From assembly GCF_006345805.1 (NCBI RefSeq), contig NC_043006.1:60326001-60390000 (forward strand): a stretch of DNA of 64,000 nt. Reading direction: 5' to 3'. The stretch's first letter is position 1; every line of letters begins with the position of its first letter. Positions 38,831 through 51,850 of this stretch are shown one piece after another. A program made the position numbers and the translations under genes. Origin of the DNA: Octopus sinensis. Taxonomy: Eukaryota. The notes below the pieces were generated by a model that was not told the origin of the DNA, ran no database searches, and worked only from the letters and a program-made list of their open reading frames with translations.

Positions 38831-38887
38831 GTTCTGTATCACCGTGATTTCACATTCAACTTTACGTCTTATGATCCTCAGCAGAAC
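38831..38887 (-). ncRNA. Hammerhead motif, mirror copy in the left palindrome arm
   Basis: Exact reverse complement of 39012-39068. Confidence 0.7.
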
Positions 38888-39011
38888 TGATTCTGAACAC
38901 ATCATAAATAAACTACCAACCTTACGTAGCGAAGACGAACAGACAACTGCAGTTGTCTGTTCGTCTTCGCTATGTAAGGTTGGTAGTTTATTTATGATGT
39001 GTTCAGAATCA

Positions 39012-39068
39012 GTTCTGCTGAGGATCATAAGACGTAAAGTTGAATGTGAAATCACGGTGATACAGAAC
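39012..39068 (+). ncRNA. Type I hammerhead motif
   Basis: gttctg-CTGAGGA-tcat...atgt-GAA-ATCAC-g-GTGAT-A-cagaac: 6-bp stem I, 5-bp stem III, AUA triplet 39060-39062; stem II is weak (U.U then 3 bp). Confidence 0.7.
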
Positions 39069-39439
39069 TAAATTCATTTTTTAAATGTCTTGCTTTGAAA
39101 AACTGCATTTAGGTATGATTAGTATAATTTTGGTAGTAATGACTTTGTCCCTCTTAGTGTGAGGCATTTATGTGTAATAATGCCCTCTATACAATATAGA
39201 TATAATTAATTTGTTCAAAAGAAAAAAATTATTTTCGAATTCTTTTCTTTTATGAGGTTTTCACGCTAACTACCCGATAATTTCTTGTTAAGATCCCTTA
39301 TTAAGAGATTATCCTTAATTGTTAAACTTATATATATATATATATATATATACATGCATACATACATATACATATATATTACTCTTTTACTCTTTTACTC
39401 TTTTACTTGTTTCAGTCATTTGAGTGTGGCCATGCTGGA

Positions 39440-39477
<38 letters not shown>

Positions 39478-40678
39478 AGGGAGAGAGAGAGAGAGTGAGA
39501 GAGAGAGATAAATAGATTAGATAGAAAGATACAGATATATAGATGTGGGAACGGCGTATGTATGTTTGTGTTTGTGTACACACACACACACATAAAGAGT
39601 GCATGTAGTTTCGTAAATTGTAAACTGAAGATTGTAAAAGCTTTGACCTGTTCTTTAATGGAATTTACATCTATTCGCTGGATAAGCTTTTAAGCGATCA
39701 CAATAATATCGACTATATCTTCTCACCCCTTTTTTTTAATAGTAAATTACCGACATGAAAGAGTCAACATGGAGTAGAAATCTATAGTTAGCGTCATTGT
39801 ATCGCTATAGAAGATATGCCAAGTTGTGATCAAGAAATACCTGTTCTGTCAATGATCTTAAATTGGAGAACGATGTTCAGGATCCTGTAAGCATTCCATA
39901 ACATTATATTTTTTTTTGCTTGCTTGCTTTGATGTTGTTGTTGTTGTTGTTCTTGTTTTATTTACAACTTTATTTATATTCTTTAAGTAAATATATTTAA
40001 GTATCAGGTCTATTTGGTTCATTTAATTAATTTCCATCTTGAAATTAGAAGCGAACAGAACTTTTTTTTTATATTCCGATGTGACACTTTCTACTGCTGT
40101 TTTCCTCAGTTTCCTATATAGATGCATCGCATTGCATTGATTTTTCTTTAGGCTATTAAATTCTTTCAAGCAGTATGTGTATGGGTTATTCAATGATTTC
40201 TTTTCACTGATCATATATTTTGTATAATCATTCTTATGCTTGTATTTTATATCACTGAAGTACTTATGCATGTGTGCAGTGAACGAAATGTAAAGTAACA
40301 CATCCAGTGAGATTTAAATTTCAAGAAAGCGAGGCTTACAACTGGATATAACGATATATCTTTTGCATTTATTCACCATTTACAATATACTGAATCAGCA
40401 GTACAATAAGTTTATAATACTTCGAACTATTAGATTCATCTTTTAGAGTTAAAGTGGGGACACGTGTCTTTGGCCTCGTGATCGTAAAATTATAGTTTCA
40501 GTTCCTGGATTGGGCGGTGCGCTGTGTTTTTGAGCAAAACATTTCATTTCATGATGCTTCAGTCCTATTAGGTGGGAAAAGATGAGTATTTCTGCGACGA
40601 ACCAGCGTCCGGTGGGGAATATATACACCACAGAATCCGGGAAACCGACCTTATGAGTCTTGGGAAGGAGCTTTATAT

Positions 40679-40727
<49 letters not shown>

Positions 40728-40991
40728 TGTCGAGCTAAAACGTTTGTAAAAAGTTTATAATAACGATATCACAACTGCGTGGGATAGTGGGTAGGATGTT
40801 CGGCTGACGATCATAGTGCCGTAGATTCAATTCCTGCAACGGGCAGCGCGTTGAGTCCTTCTTTAAGGTGGTGTGCCAGCACAATTGTTAGTGCGTTGGA
40901 CAAACCGTTTAGCGGTACTTCTTCAGACTGTTTATGTTTTCATTTGAAATCCCACATAGGTCAACTTCGTTTGTCATCCTCTTGGGAATAA

Positions 40992-41290
40992 GCATGGCCT
41001 AGTGGTCAGAGCAGCGGACTCGCGGTCGAGGGATCGAGGGTTCGAATCTCAGACCGGACGATGTGTGTGTTTATGAGCGAAACACCTAAGCTCCACGCGG
41101 CTCCGGCAGAAGGTAATGGCGAAACTTCTGCTGACTCTTTCGCCACAACTTTCTCTCACTCTTTCCTCTTGCATCTTGCAGGTCACCTGCAATGGACCGG
41201 CGTCCCGTCCAGGTGGGGAACCTATACGGCAAGAAACCAGGAAACCGGCCCTTATGAGCCAGGCATGGCTCGAGTAGGAACAAACAACAA
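40992..41290 (+). mobile_element. tRNA(Arg)-like SINE, family D
   Basis: ggcctagtggtcagagcagcggactcgcggtc...ggttcgaatctcag; relatives at ~55127-55440 (+), 57373-57644 (-) and 58662-58928 (-). Confidence 0.8.
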
Positions 41291-41817
41291 ACAATCTATT
41301 ACCCCATCACTCAAAATTGTTGGCCGTTTGCCAAAATTGTAAACAATATTGGTATCACTTCTCTTCGATTAGTTTGATCTCTGATCGCTGTCTTTTTCCT
41401 GATTATGAATTACAAACTTAGCATCTCTGTCAGTGGCTAGGTGGATAACAACATTAACATCTTTCATTTAGAAATAAAATGTCTCTTGTTCCAATACAGT
41501 TTAGTACTACCAATTCAACCAAGAATAAGACATCTGTTGATGATGATCAGAGATAAAAGTCAGATGTAGATTGAAAATATTGACCAACAAACAAACAAAA
41601 TAAAACGATTTCATACCCAAAGATGAAGTTTATAGTTAAAAGAAATGTGTTGACATAACAAACAATCTCAAACTTTCAGATATCTCGATATAATAATGGC
41701 CGAAAAAAATCTTGGTTGGTTCTTGGTTCGTTGATTTCCCCAGTCAAGCTTTTGATTTACAGAGTAAGAGACAAAGAAAGAAAGAAAAAGAGAGAGAGAG
41801 AGAGAATTAATATATAT

Positions 41818-42040
41818 TTCTTTACTACCCACAAGGGGCTAAACAAGGACAGACAAGGACAGACAAACGGATGAAGTCGATTATATCGACCCCAGTGCGA
41901 AACTGGTACTTAATCTATCGACCTCGAAAGGACGAAAGGCAAAACCGACCTCGGCGGAATTTGAACTCAGAACGTAGCGGCAGACGAATTACGGCTACGC
42001 ATTTCGCCCGGCATGCTAACGTTTCTGCCAGCTCGCCGCC
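41818..42040 (-). mobile_element. Monomeric SINE family A with ~16-bp TSD
   Basis: agagagaattaatata on both flanks. Confidence 0.85.
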
Positions 42041-42821
42041 TTTAGAGAGAATTAATATAAAAAGTAATACACAAGGCATAGCGGCAGGCCATTAGTAAAA
42101 AAAAGGAACACAGCGAGATAGAAAGAACCACAGGAACAGAGGGAGAAAAGGATGACGAAGAGTGTGGATATATAACAGAATAATTATATGAGGAATTCAA
42201 ACTTGCAGTGATAGGTTTTGAGTGGAATAAATAAAGATCGCGTTGATAAAATTTAGAAAACATAACACATTTTCTTGTGCTTATATGAACTGATAAAATA
42301 TATTTTTAATCTTCAAATATTTATTACCTTAAAATAAATTTTGTAGATAAAATTGTTTTGTTTTGTTCCTATAAACGTTTGTTGTCATTTACCTATTTCA
42401 CAAATGACTGTTATTATTTATCTAAGCTAAGGCAGCGAGCTGGCAGAATCGTTACCGTGCCAGGCAAAATACCTAGCAGCATTTCGTCCGTCTTTACGCC
42501 CCGAGTTCAAATTTTGCCGCGGTCGACTTTGCATTTAATATTTTCGGGATCGATAAAATAAGTACTATTTGAGTATTGGGGTCATTGTAATTGACTTACA
42601 CCCTATCCCAAAATTGCCGCCAAAATTTGAAATCATGATTTAATTAGACTGTTAATTGACACGTTACGAGTAACTTTGGAATTTAAATTATTATTATTGT
42701 AAGTATACCGCATCTCCTGATATTACTCATGGTGGCAGAAGTATAAGGAGATTAAGTGGACTCCCTTTTTTAGGACGTACGAATTTTCTCACTTAACATC
42801 CAGATAGCATTTGGTCTCGAT

Positions 42822-43010
42822 CAGTAGTTCCCATCCCTTTTTTTAAATGAGTATTCATAGGGCCCCCTTTTAATATGCTTATTCTAATATAATACATACA
42901 TATATATATGTGTGTGTGTGTGTGTATGAAATTTCGAATTTAGTACACGGACCCCCAGTAATATCTTTGCGGACCACCAGGGATCCGTGGACCCAGGTTG
43001 GGAACCACTG
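42822..43010. mobile_element. Small hAT-type MITE
   Basis: Ends CAGTAGTTCCCA / TGGGAACCACTG; flanking 8-mers gtctcgat and gtcgaaat match at 5/8. Confidence 0.5.
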
Positions 43011-43079
43011 GTCGAAATAAACACACTGTTCTTGAACTGAGGAGAAGGTGACAAGTGAGCAGTAATGAAGTAGAATTTC

Positions 43080-44268
43080 CCGATGATGAGCGTAAATGAG
43101 AAGTGAAGAAGTATCTTGGTATTTCACAGTTTTGCTAGATGATGAACACCAAGATGAAGGAAAAGATTTCTGAATATACAGGAATAGTCAAAAAGCTTTG
43201 AAGATCTAAGCTCAGTGTCGAAAACCTGATGAGAGTCACCAATCTTTTTGCTGTAAGTGTGAAACGTTACTGCGCAGGATTTATGCGATGGACAAAGGAG
43301 GAACTGGGCAGCATGGACAGAAAGGCTAGGAAGATAATGGACGTGCATGGGGCTTCATATTAGAAGTAACGTAGCAATGTTTTACCTATCTGGAAAGGTA
43401 GAAGACGAACCGTTGGAATAGAGGATAGAGTTACGGAGACCAAGTCCTTGCATGCTTCTTTTAGAGGCTGTGATTAGAGGATATTGTAGGCTGCATTAAA
43501 AAGTACCAAGGGCGTCCACCGAGATTCGAAATTGAGTGTCATACCGTCCGTAATGGGTACACTTGGAAATATCTCATGGAAGTTGCTAACTTGATATAGG
43601 TCACTCCACCCAAAAAGAGAGGGAAGAGGACTTATTGGATGTGAAACCGTATGACATATTACCAGCCAATATACGTCACTAGCCCAGAAGGCATATAAGA
43701 AACGCTACGACAATATAGCCAGGCTTGTCCATTGGACACTCTGCAACAAGTATGGACAGAACAAAAAAAAAAGGTACGACCACAAACCTGAAGGCATCGT
43801 CGAAAATAGAAATGCAAAGATCCTATGGGATTTTATGATTCAGTGCGACCATGAGATAGAGAATAGGAAGCCGGACATAGACTTAATTGAGAATGAAAAC
43901 AAACTATGCTGGATTATAGATATAGCATGTTCAACTGAGAACAAGGTAAGCGATAAGGAAGAAAGCAAAGTCGAGAGATATAACAGGTTTGCTTGGGAAG
44001 TTAAGCAGTTGTGGTCAATGAAAAAGGTAGCAGTAGTACCAATAATTGTCGGAGCCCTGGGAACAGTGAACAAAAATCTCGAGAAGTACGTGGAACAAAT
44101 ATAAGCTGCAATAAGGGTGGATCATTTGCAGAAAACAGCACTGCTTTGGAACTGCTCGAATACTCCGGAAAGTGCTCGAAACATAAGAGGTGTTGCCTTA
44201 GTTCACTGGTAGTGAACAGATAACACTGTAATACATCTCCAGCGTTAGAAGCTGTGCAAAGGCAATAT
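43080..44268 (+). mobile_element. R4/Dong-like non-LTR retrotransposon 3' remnant (RLE endonuclease) ending in (TAA)n
   Basis: ILWDFMIQCDHEIENRKPDID...IIDIAC...KVERY...LW...VVPIIVGALG: PD-(D/E)xK restriction-like endonuclease; upstream RHD-like/VHW-LC remnants. Confidence 0.85.
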
Positions 44269-44320
44269 TAATAATAATAATACTAATACTACTACTACTA
44301 CTAATAATAATAATAATAAG

Positions 44321-44537
44321 TGCATTAGGCATGATAAAAAAATATTCAGACAAATACATAACAAAAACACCAGGACTTACAAACACATATAACATACAGA
44401 AAATTGCACTACTAGGCACTGCACACATCCTACGCAGAACACTTTCTATACAATAACCATCAGAGCATCACAACAAATCACAGCACACAGCGTTGTGCTC
44501 GGTAGTGAAGTGAAAGCACGCTATAAAAATAAAACTA

Positions 44538-44584
<47 letters not shown>

Positions 44585-44594
44585 CAACAACAAC

Positions 44595-44662
<68 letters not shown>
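44321..44662 (+). mobile_element. 3' end of a second R4/Dong-like family plus long (TAA)n
   Basis: ALGMIKKYSDKYI...IQKIALLGTAHILRRTLSIQ*, short UTR, (TAA)n at ~44540-44662. Confidence 0.75.
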
Positions 44663-44663
<1 letters not shown>

Positions 44664-45039
44664 CCTTTCTACTATAGACACAAGGCTTGAAGTTTTGGGG
44701 AAGGGGACTAGTCGATTACATTGACCCCATTGTTTTACTGGCACTTAATTTATCAAACCTGAAAGGATGAGGATGAAAGGCAAAGTCAACCTTGGCGCAA
44801 TTTGAACTCAGAACGTAGAGACGGACAAAATACCGCAAAGCATTTTGCCCGACGTGCTGACGATTCTGCCAGCTTTAATAAGAATAATTACCTTCTCACT
44901 AGAAAGCAGAAAACAGCAACTGGATAAGTGAAAGCTAAAAAGAAAGAACAAACTATATTGTCATTGTCCAGGCTTAGCCAAGAGAAAGTGCATCTACAAG
45001 CATAATATAATTATGGCTTCGATACGCAGAAAACGATAT

Positions 45040-45960
45040 GTTAGCATAATAAAATACAAAGAAAAAGAAGGGACATAAACGAGAAACGCTTTCGGAGAAT
45101 GTCCAACGGACCATACTGTAGGGTATACTAATCCACACAGATGCGAAATCCAGCTTAATCGACCGGATATTGTTGTCAAGGACGACCAGAAAAGGAAGTG
45201 CTTTATGATCGAAGTATTAGCCCCAATAGACGAGAATTAATTCTGAAGGAAATGGTGATCTTATTTAAACCTCAAAAAATAAATAAATAGAATAAAAATA
45301 AAATAAGCATAAAAGAGAATGAGAGGTTTGAATACAGAGATATTCTCTATACCTAATAGAAGCCTTAAGAATGATTAAAAAAAGATGCAGGCTACTACGT
45401 AATCAAAAATACAGTACTTAGGTATATACACAACAAACCAAACACAAAATAGGAACAGTGAATGCAATACTGAATAAAACCAGTAACAAAACACTGCACT
45501 TAATCAAAGCACATAGAACTGCTCTCCGTTGTGCAGCGAAAGAAGACAATTACAATAAGGCTACTGAAAAATAATTCGTTGTTTCGTTTTTGTTTGATTC
45601 TTTTTTTGAATAATAAGATGCTTGATGCAAAGGAATCTATAACAGGATTTTGAAATACCGAAAGAAAGGAAGTGGTACACACATTGCAGAATCAGTTTAA
45701 GAGAATGACAAATTGACCATAGGTTGAGACATGCCAAATCATACAGATAGGGAGATTAAGGCAAATCGATCAGTTATTATTCTCAAAGAGCACCACCAGT
45801 AAAAGTGTCTCTTAATCGATATATCGATTCCTAAAAGTAGACAATGTATCTCGAAAAGAAGTAGAGAAACTCCAAATATAAGGAAATGGAAATACAGATA
45901 AGCAATCCGAGCAGATTGAAAACAAAAGCAATCTCAAAAATAATAGGTCCTTCAAGAATG
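45040..45960 (+). mobile_element. Two further degenerate RLE-domain remnants
   Basis: NRPDIVVKDDQKRKCFMIEV (~45155-45220) and DMPNHTDREIKANR...CLLIDISIP (~45730-45840). Confidence 0.65.
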
Positions 45961-48515
45961 AAATAAGAATGACCAGAACTTAATACTCGCGCACACTATA
46001 TATGTGTATACGTACATATATGTGTGTATGAGTATTTTATGTGTATATAACGTACACATATGTATATATATGCATGTGTATGTATATATATATATATATA
46101 TGTATGTATGTGTGTGAGTGTGAGTGTGCATGTATGTATATGCATGTATATTCATATACATAAGCATACACACACAAGCACACACACGCACACATATATC
46201 GCAAAGGTGACAACAGCATATGGTTAAGCATTACTGTAATATCCCTGGGTGTAACATTTGATACACACTCGATGCATTGCAGCCCATGATTTTGGGGTAG
46301 TGTGTAGTGCTTGAACTCGATTAGTGTTCTCGTAACATCCTCTTGAAGACTAGGCATATACTCCTATATGCCCTTCCTCAGTGGAAATCTCAGCACTGAA
46401 AAGGTTATCCAAAACTCCCTTTAAATGATACCTTGAGAGCGTCCTCTGTGCGTGCATAGGCAGAAATATACCTCTCTTCTCAATGTCGTTTCTTCAGTAA
46501 AATCATCAAAGTGGCTGACGATATCATGATATGTCTCATAATATTCGGATAAAATGGATGATAATATCGTAGCATACATGCCTTAAAATCCTTTACATTC
46601 AGAATTATACGCAGGATCTCTGCCTCGTTTTCAGCATTAACAAACGATGTTACTTTCGTTGTCAGGTGCCGTTCGTGAAGTGATATTTTCTTTTGATAAA
46701 TTTGTTATTTAAGTGTTATGATTTTTCTGTTAATAATAGTCGCTATTTAGAATCATTTATCGACACCATCCACTAATTCTGAGGACGAAATTAAAGCAAC
46801 GTTCTTGCTGAATATTGCTTCTCGTCGCTAGCATCGTCGAAGATACCATCTTAAAACGTTAAAAATTGAAAGCAAAAAAAAATATCGTTTTGTTTAGTCA
46901 AGGTAATGGGGGTAAGAGTCGTAAAGTTCTAGAGTTTTTTGCTTGTGAATACCGTAAAAGAAAAAGAAAGGAACTGATTTCATATGGATCGCGATATAAT
47001 TAATATAATAGCGACATTAAATGAGGTTCACCCATAGTCAGCAAAAATATATAATAATGAGAACAACAATAATAATTCTTTCAATGTCATTAGTATCTTT
47101 AAAATATACATTCATAAAAAAGTGAGGTGTAATAATGGTCATATTAAAAGTCATATTAAAATCATGGGTTGGGACAAGACGCTTTATACTATATATATCG
47201 ATTTATTATTATTTATAATGACATAAAAGTAATAATATCATCAGATATGGCAAAAATTAATATATGTGTATGCATGTATAAATAAGTGTAATTTAAAAAA
47301 AAATAGATAACTGACCTACCCAGGCGTGAAAACACCACTTAAGTATATTGAGAGTAGACCTCGACTTCAACTACTTCCACGTATTCCACATTTAGGAACT
47401 GAAATTTTTGTCGTTCTCGAAGGAGGCTGTGAGCTACCCGTTCTCTGGCTGACTGTAAAAGTGCATCTGGTAGTGAAGTTATAGCAGATAATTCATATCA
47501 ATGAATTAGTCAGTTTTCTTTCATTCTTTACACTCTCGGATCCAACCCTTCGGAAATCTGCTCATAGTATTTCGAAGCTGTACATTTGCTATTCGAGGTC
47601 TCCAAATTTTCTTGTAAGGAATCTGCATTGCTACGGTTTGACATGTATATGTCCCAAGTTATACAAATTCCTCTCAACAGAGCAACAAATCTTAAACCAA
47701 GTTTCCTCGAACACTTAAAATAATCTCGGTGCATTTTTATCAAATATACCAAATGAGTCATCCGCTAAATATTACAACCAAAACTGGGTATCCAGTTCAC
47801 AAAGCTTAATCCTCCAAGATGAGATTCCGCATACACTAAAAGCAAACAAAATGTCCGTTCAATTTAAATTAATTTGTTACGTTATGTAGCAAAAACAAAT
47901 TCTTGAGAACTTTAGTGCTATCAGGTAAAGAACGGATATATTGTCACTCATCTGTGACAAGTAGCAGTCAAACTTCCTCAAATCCCACTCTCTACAATAT
48001 TTCTCCTCTATCTCAGTCATTCTCACTCTTGCAATTACTATTTCGCTATTTTGTCGCACAATTTCCTTGATAAAATTCAATTTCTTCTAGACTTACCTCT
48101 TTTCATTTTCTGCTTAAGTAGATCTATATTCACTTCTATATAAGAATTTTATAAATGTTTTGATGCTTTTAAACTGTGCATCTTTATAGCGAAAATAGAG
48201 GGCGGTTGTTAAAGACATCAAGGCATGTATACATACATACATATATATACACACACACACATATATATATATATATATTTTAAAATTAAGGATAAAATCT
48301 TTATAAGAAATTATCATTAGTTAGCGTGAAAAACCTCGTAAGAGAAAAAATCTGTAAATTTTTCCACTTTGAAAATATTTATTTATATTATATAGAGGGT
48401 ACTATTATTCATAGGTACCGCACGCTAGGAGGGACTCTTGCAGTCAAAACTACTAAAATAAACAAATTGTACCGAATGCAAAAATTCAAAGCAAGTCATT
48501 TAAAAACAGAATTTA

Positions 48516-48579
48516 GTTACATATCACCTGTGATTTCGCAATCAATGCAGGATATGCAGAATATGCTCTTCATTGAAAC
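48516..48579 (-). ncRNA. Hammerhead motif with C3A substitution
   Basis: Reverse complement: gtttca-ATGAAGA-gca...tgc-GAAATCACagGTGATA-tgtaac. Confidence 0.55.
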
Positions 48580-48885
48580 GAACTCAAGACATGTAAGGAA
48601 AAAACACAACATAGCATACCCGACAGCCAACCGAGGTTTTTCACGCTAACTACTGATAATTTCTTATAAAGATTTTATCCTTAATTTTAAATTTATATTT
48701 TTCACCGGAATAGTTCAATACTGAATTTTTGTTCCGAATAGGCAAATTGTTACCGAAATGCATTGCGAATAAGCCCGTCATTTTCATAGATATGTAAAGA
48801 TAAACATTCGTACATGCTACGCCGAATTCTATGGTTGGCTGTCGGGTATGCTATATTGTGTTTTTTCCTTACATGTCTTGAGTTC

Positions 48886-48949
48886 GTTTCAGTGAAGAGC
48901 ATAGAATGCATATTCTGCATTGATTGCGAAATCACAGGTGATATGTAAC
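48886..48949 (+). ncRNA. Hammerhead motif with C3G substitution
   Basis: gtttca-GTGAAGA-gca...tgc-GAAATCACagGTGATA-tgtaac; canonical G10.1-C11.1 pair. Confidence 0.55.
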
Positions 48950-49070
48950 TAAATTCTGTTTTTAAATGACTTGCTTTGAATTTTTGCATTCGGTACAATT
49001 TGTTTATTTTAGTAGTTTTGACTGCAAGAGTCCCTCCTAGCGTGCGGTACCTATGAATAATAGTACCCTC

Positions 49071-49159
<89 letters not shown>

Positions 49160-49348
49160 TATATGCATATGTATATATATGTATATGCATACATATATAT
49201 ATACATGTATATACATGCATATATATACATACATATATGCATATATATATTTGTATATATATAATCATGTACGTATATATACATATGTATGTATATATAT
49301 GTATATTTATATACATATATATGTATATATACATGAGTATATATATGC

Positions 49349-49400
<52 letters not shown>

Positions 49401-49731
49401 GTATATATATTTTTATTTATTTATTTATTTAGTTTCAGCTCACGAGCTGTGGCCATGCTGGGGCAAAGCCATTTAAAATAAATGCGTCGTTTTAAAGCTT
49501 TGACAGGCTCATGGTCCCGGTTTCCCGGTTTCTATGGCGTATGTGTTCCCCAGCTGGACGGGACGGCAGTCCATCGCAGCATTACTCATTTTCGCGAGCT
49601 GAGTGGACTGGAGCAACGGGGTGAAATGAAGTGTTTTGCTCAAGAACACAACGCGTCGCCCGGTGCAGGAATCGAAACCACAATCTTACGATCATGGTGC
49701 TGACACCCAAACCACTAAGCCATGCGCCTCT

Positions 49732-49762
<31 letters not shown>

Positions 49763-49766
49763 CACA

Positions 49767-49804
<38 letters not shown>

Positions 49805-50137
49805 TATATATATATAACTCAACTTGTGTGTCTGTGTATGTGTCTGTGTGTTTAACTTCCCGGCACATCTCCTCCTAACCAACAAATCGTAGAACCATCA
49901 AAAATGGGTCTCTTAAAATTTAGGCGAATGAAAATTGAACTGCTCTATTTCTGTTCCGAAATTTATCTTGCAAGTGCAAACATCGATAATGTGTTTGTTT
50001 AGGCCTTATCCTATGCCTTGAATAGTGAACTTTATTCAGTCAGCTGTTTGACGTGAACTGTGTTCACCACGCGTGCAAGCATGCGTAAGTTGCATGAAAA
50101 ATAAAAAATCAAGATATGAAAACGGGCAATACTGCTA

Positions 50138-50200
<63 letters not shown>

Positions 50201-50600
50201 ACTATATGTATGTATGCATGTATACATAAACATATGTACACACATATAGACATGTATACATATAAGTATATATACATATACTGAAATTGCACCATCCTCA
50301 CAGATGATTGTCGTTACTTTGTGCTTCCTTGATGTCAAAGGCATTTCTGTATGGTTTAGAGCATAGGTGACATACCAAACTTGTAATTTACTGGGCGTTT
50401 CCAAATGGATAGGTTTTCACACATCTCCACTCCTTCATCTCCATAGGACTCTCAGTCGACAAAATGACGAATGAAGTCATCATAAGAATCTCTTTGCATG
50501 GCATTGGAATATATTGATAAGCACTTGTACAACACGAATAACATTTTCTGATTGTCCATGTTTAGTATCTACACATGTATATGCAAGTGTATATATATAC

Positions 50601-50704
<104 letters not shown>

Positions 50705-50774
50705 TTTATATACTCTTATATATATACGCGTATATTTGCATATATATATATAACTACTCTTATATATACACGCG

Positions 50775-50808
<34 letters not shown>

Positions 50809-50857
50809 TATATACTCAATATAAAATATTGTACACTTAAACACATGAGAAAACTAT

Positions 50858-51142
50858 CTTTAATAGGTAATTTTTACACGCTTGAAGAAGCAGTCAAAAA
50901 CGACCAAATCCACATTTTAAGAGCAATTTTCGAAGGGAATGAAACATAAAAACTTTTACCTTGTTATCTTTTACGGTTATACCTTGGTTTCAGATTATTT
51001 TAGCAAATGAAATTTGCTAGCAAAGTTTGCCTAGATAACAAGGTAAAATATTTTATTTTTCATTCCCTTCGAAAATTTCCCTTAAATGTGGATTTAGTCG
51101 TTTTGACTGCTTCTTCTAGCATGTAAAAATGACCTATTAAAG
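50858..51142. mobile_element. Fold-back / MITE-like element, ~110-bp arms
   Basis: 50858-50969 is inverted at 51033-51142; the spacer contains the mini-palindrome tagcaaatgaaatttgcta. Confidence 0.7.
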
Positions 51143-51850
51143 GTATTGTACGGGTTGATGCAAAATTTGCCACTCAGTGAACCAAAGAGCTAGTATCGAA
51201 GGAACCAGAGAAAAGAAAAAAACGTCAACAACAGAAAAAACATAAAACCGTACGGATTGAAGTGAAATTTATTCAGATACTTCTGTCAATAAATTATGAA
51301 ATTAGTTACATGAATAATTGTGAACTTGTTTCTGTCAGTAATTTGTCGTTGTTTGTTTGTAAATAGCGATTGATAACTTGAACGTACAGTGAAAACAATA
51401 GAATGCAGGTTAAACAGTGGCGTAGGAAAATTGAAAGTGAAAAGAATAGCGTCTCAAAAATGAAAGCGAAAACAAGAGATATTGATAGAGAGGTATGTTG
51501 CAGAGAGATAGAGATAGATAAAGATAGATGGATAGAGAGCTATATATAAAGAGATATATTACGTCAGTGACACTAGAAAACCGGAAGTAGATATTTTAAA
51601 ACTTTCAAAGATGTGAGTGTAATATAAAAAGCAATATTTTATTTATTTTTAATAACTTTTAATTAAAAAATCAAATGAACAGCCCATTATACGACCGAGG
51701 TGAAATTATCCATGCCTCACAACTATGATAGCATTTGGTGAAACCGCTTTCGCGTGAAAAGTGAATATGCACACATATCTATTTTGTATATTAAATACAT
51801 TTTAGTACTTGTAAACTATAAATTTCCCCCGTCTGAAATATTCATACCTT

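Larger units (their letters stand above)
38701..39198. repeat. Spacer-less palindrome, 249-bp arms, 1 mismatch; right arm continues as a tail to ~39327
   Basis: Base-by-base comparison; centre ctg|cag at 38949/38950; the single difference appears as LH vs LR in the mirrored ORFs 38828 and 38844. Confidence 0.95.
48278..49081. mobile_element. Inverted pair of pseudo-LTR-like units related to 38701-39327
   Basis: Arms 48384-48632 / 48833-49081; tail 48278-48338 is also inverted at 48632-48691; tatagaggg...tcaaagcaag...gaatttagtt...atcac and gaggttttcacgctaactac...atccttaatt are shared with the 38.7-kb element. Confidence 0.85.

Noticed and set aside
38828-39071. Mirror-image 75-aa ORFs
   Set aside because: An automatic consequence of the palindrome; no recognisable protein motif, and the related 48-kb copies do not conserve the frame.
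40992-41066. tRNA genes here and at other SINE heads
   Set aside because: No closed acceptor stem, and each continues into a shared SINE body.
43226-43275. CTGATGA...GAAACGTT
   Set aside because: Stem I does not pair, and it lies within R4-like coding remnant sequence.
47500-48110. L1/Tx1-like LINE remnant (GGLSF...)
   Set aside because: One weak motif only; not enough to call.
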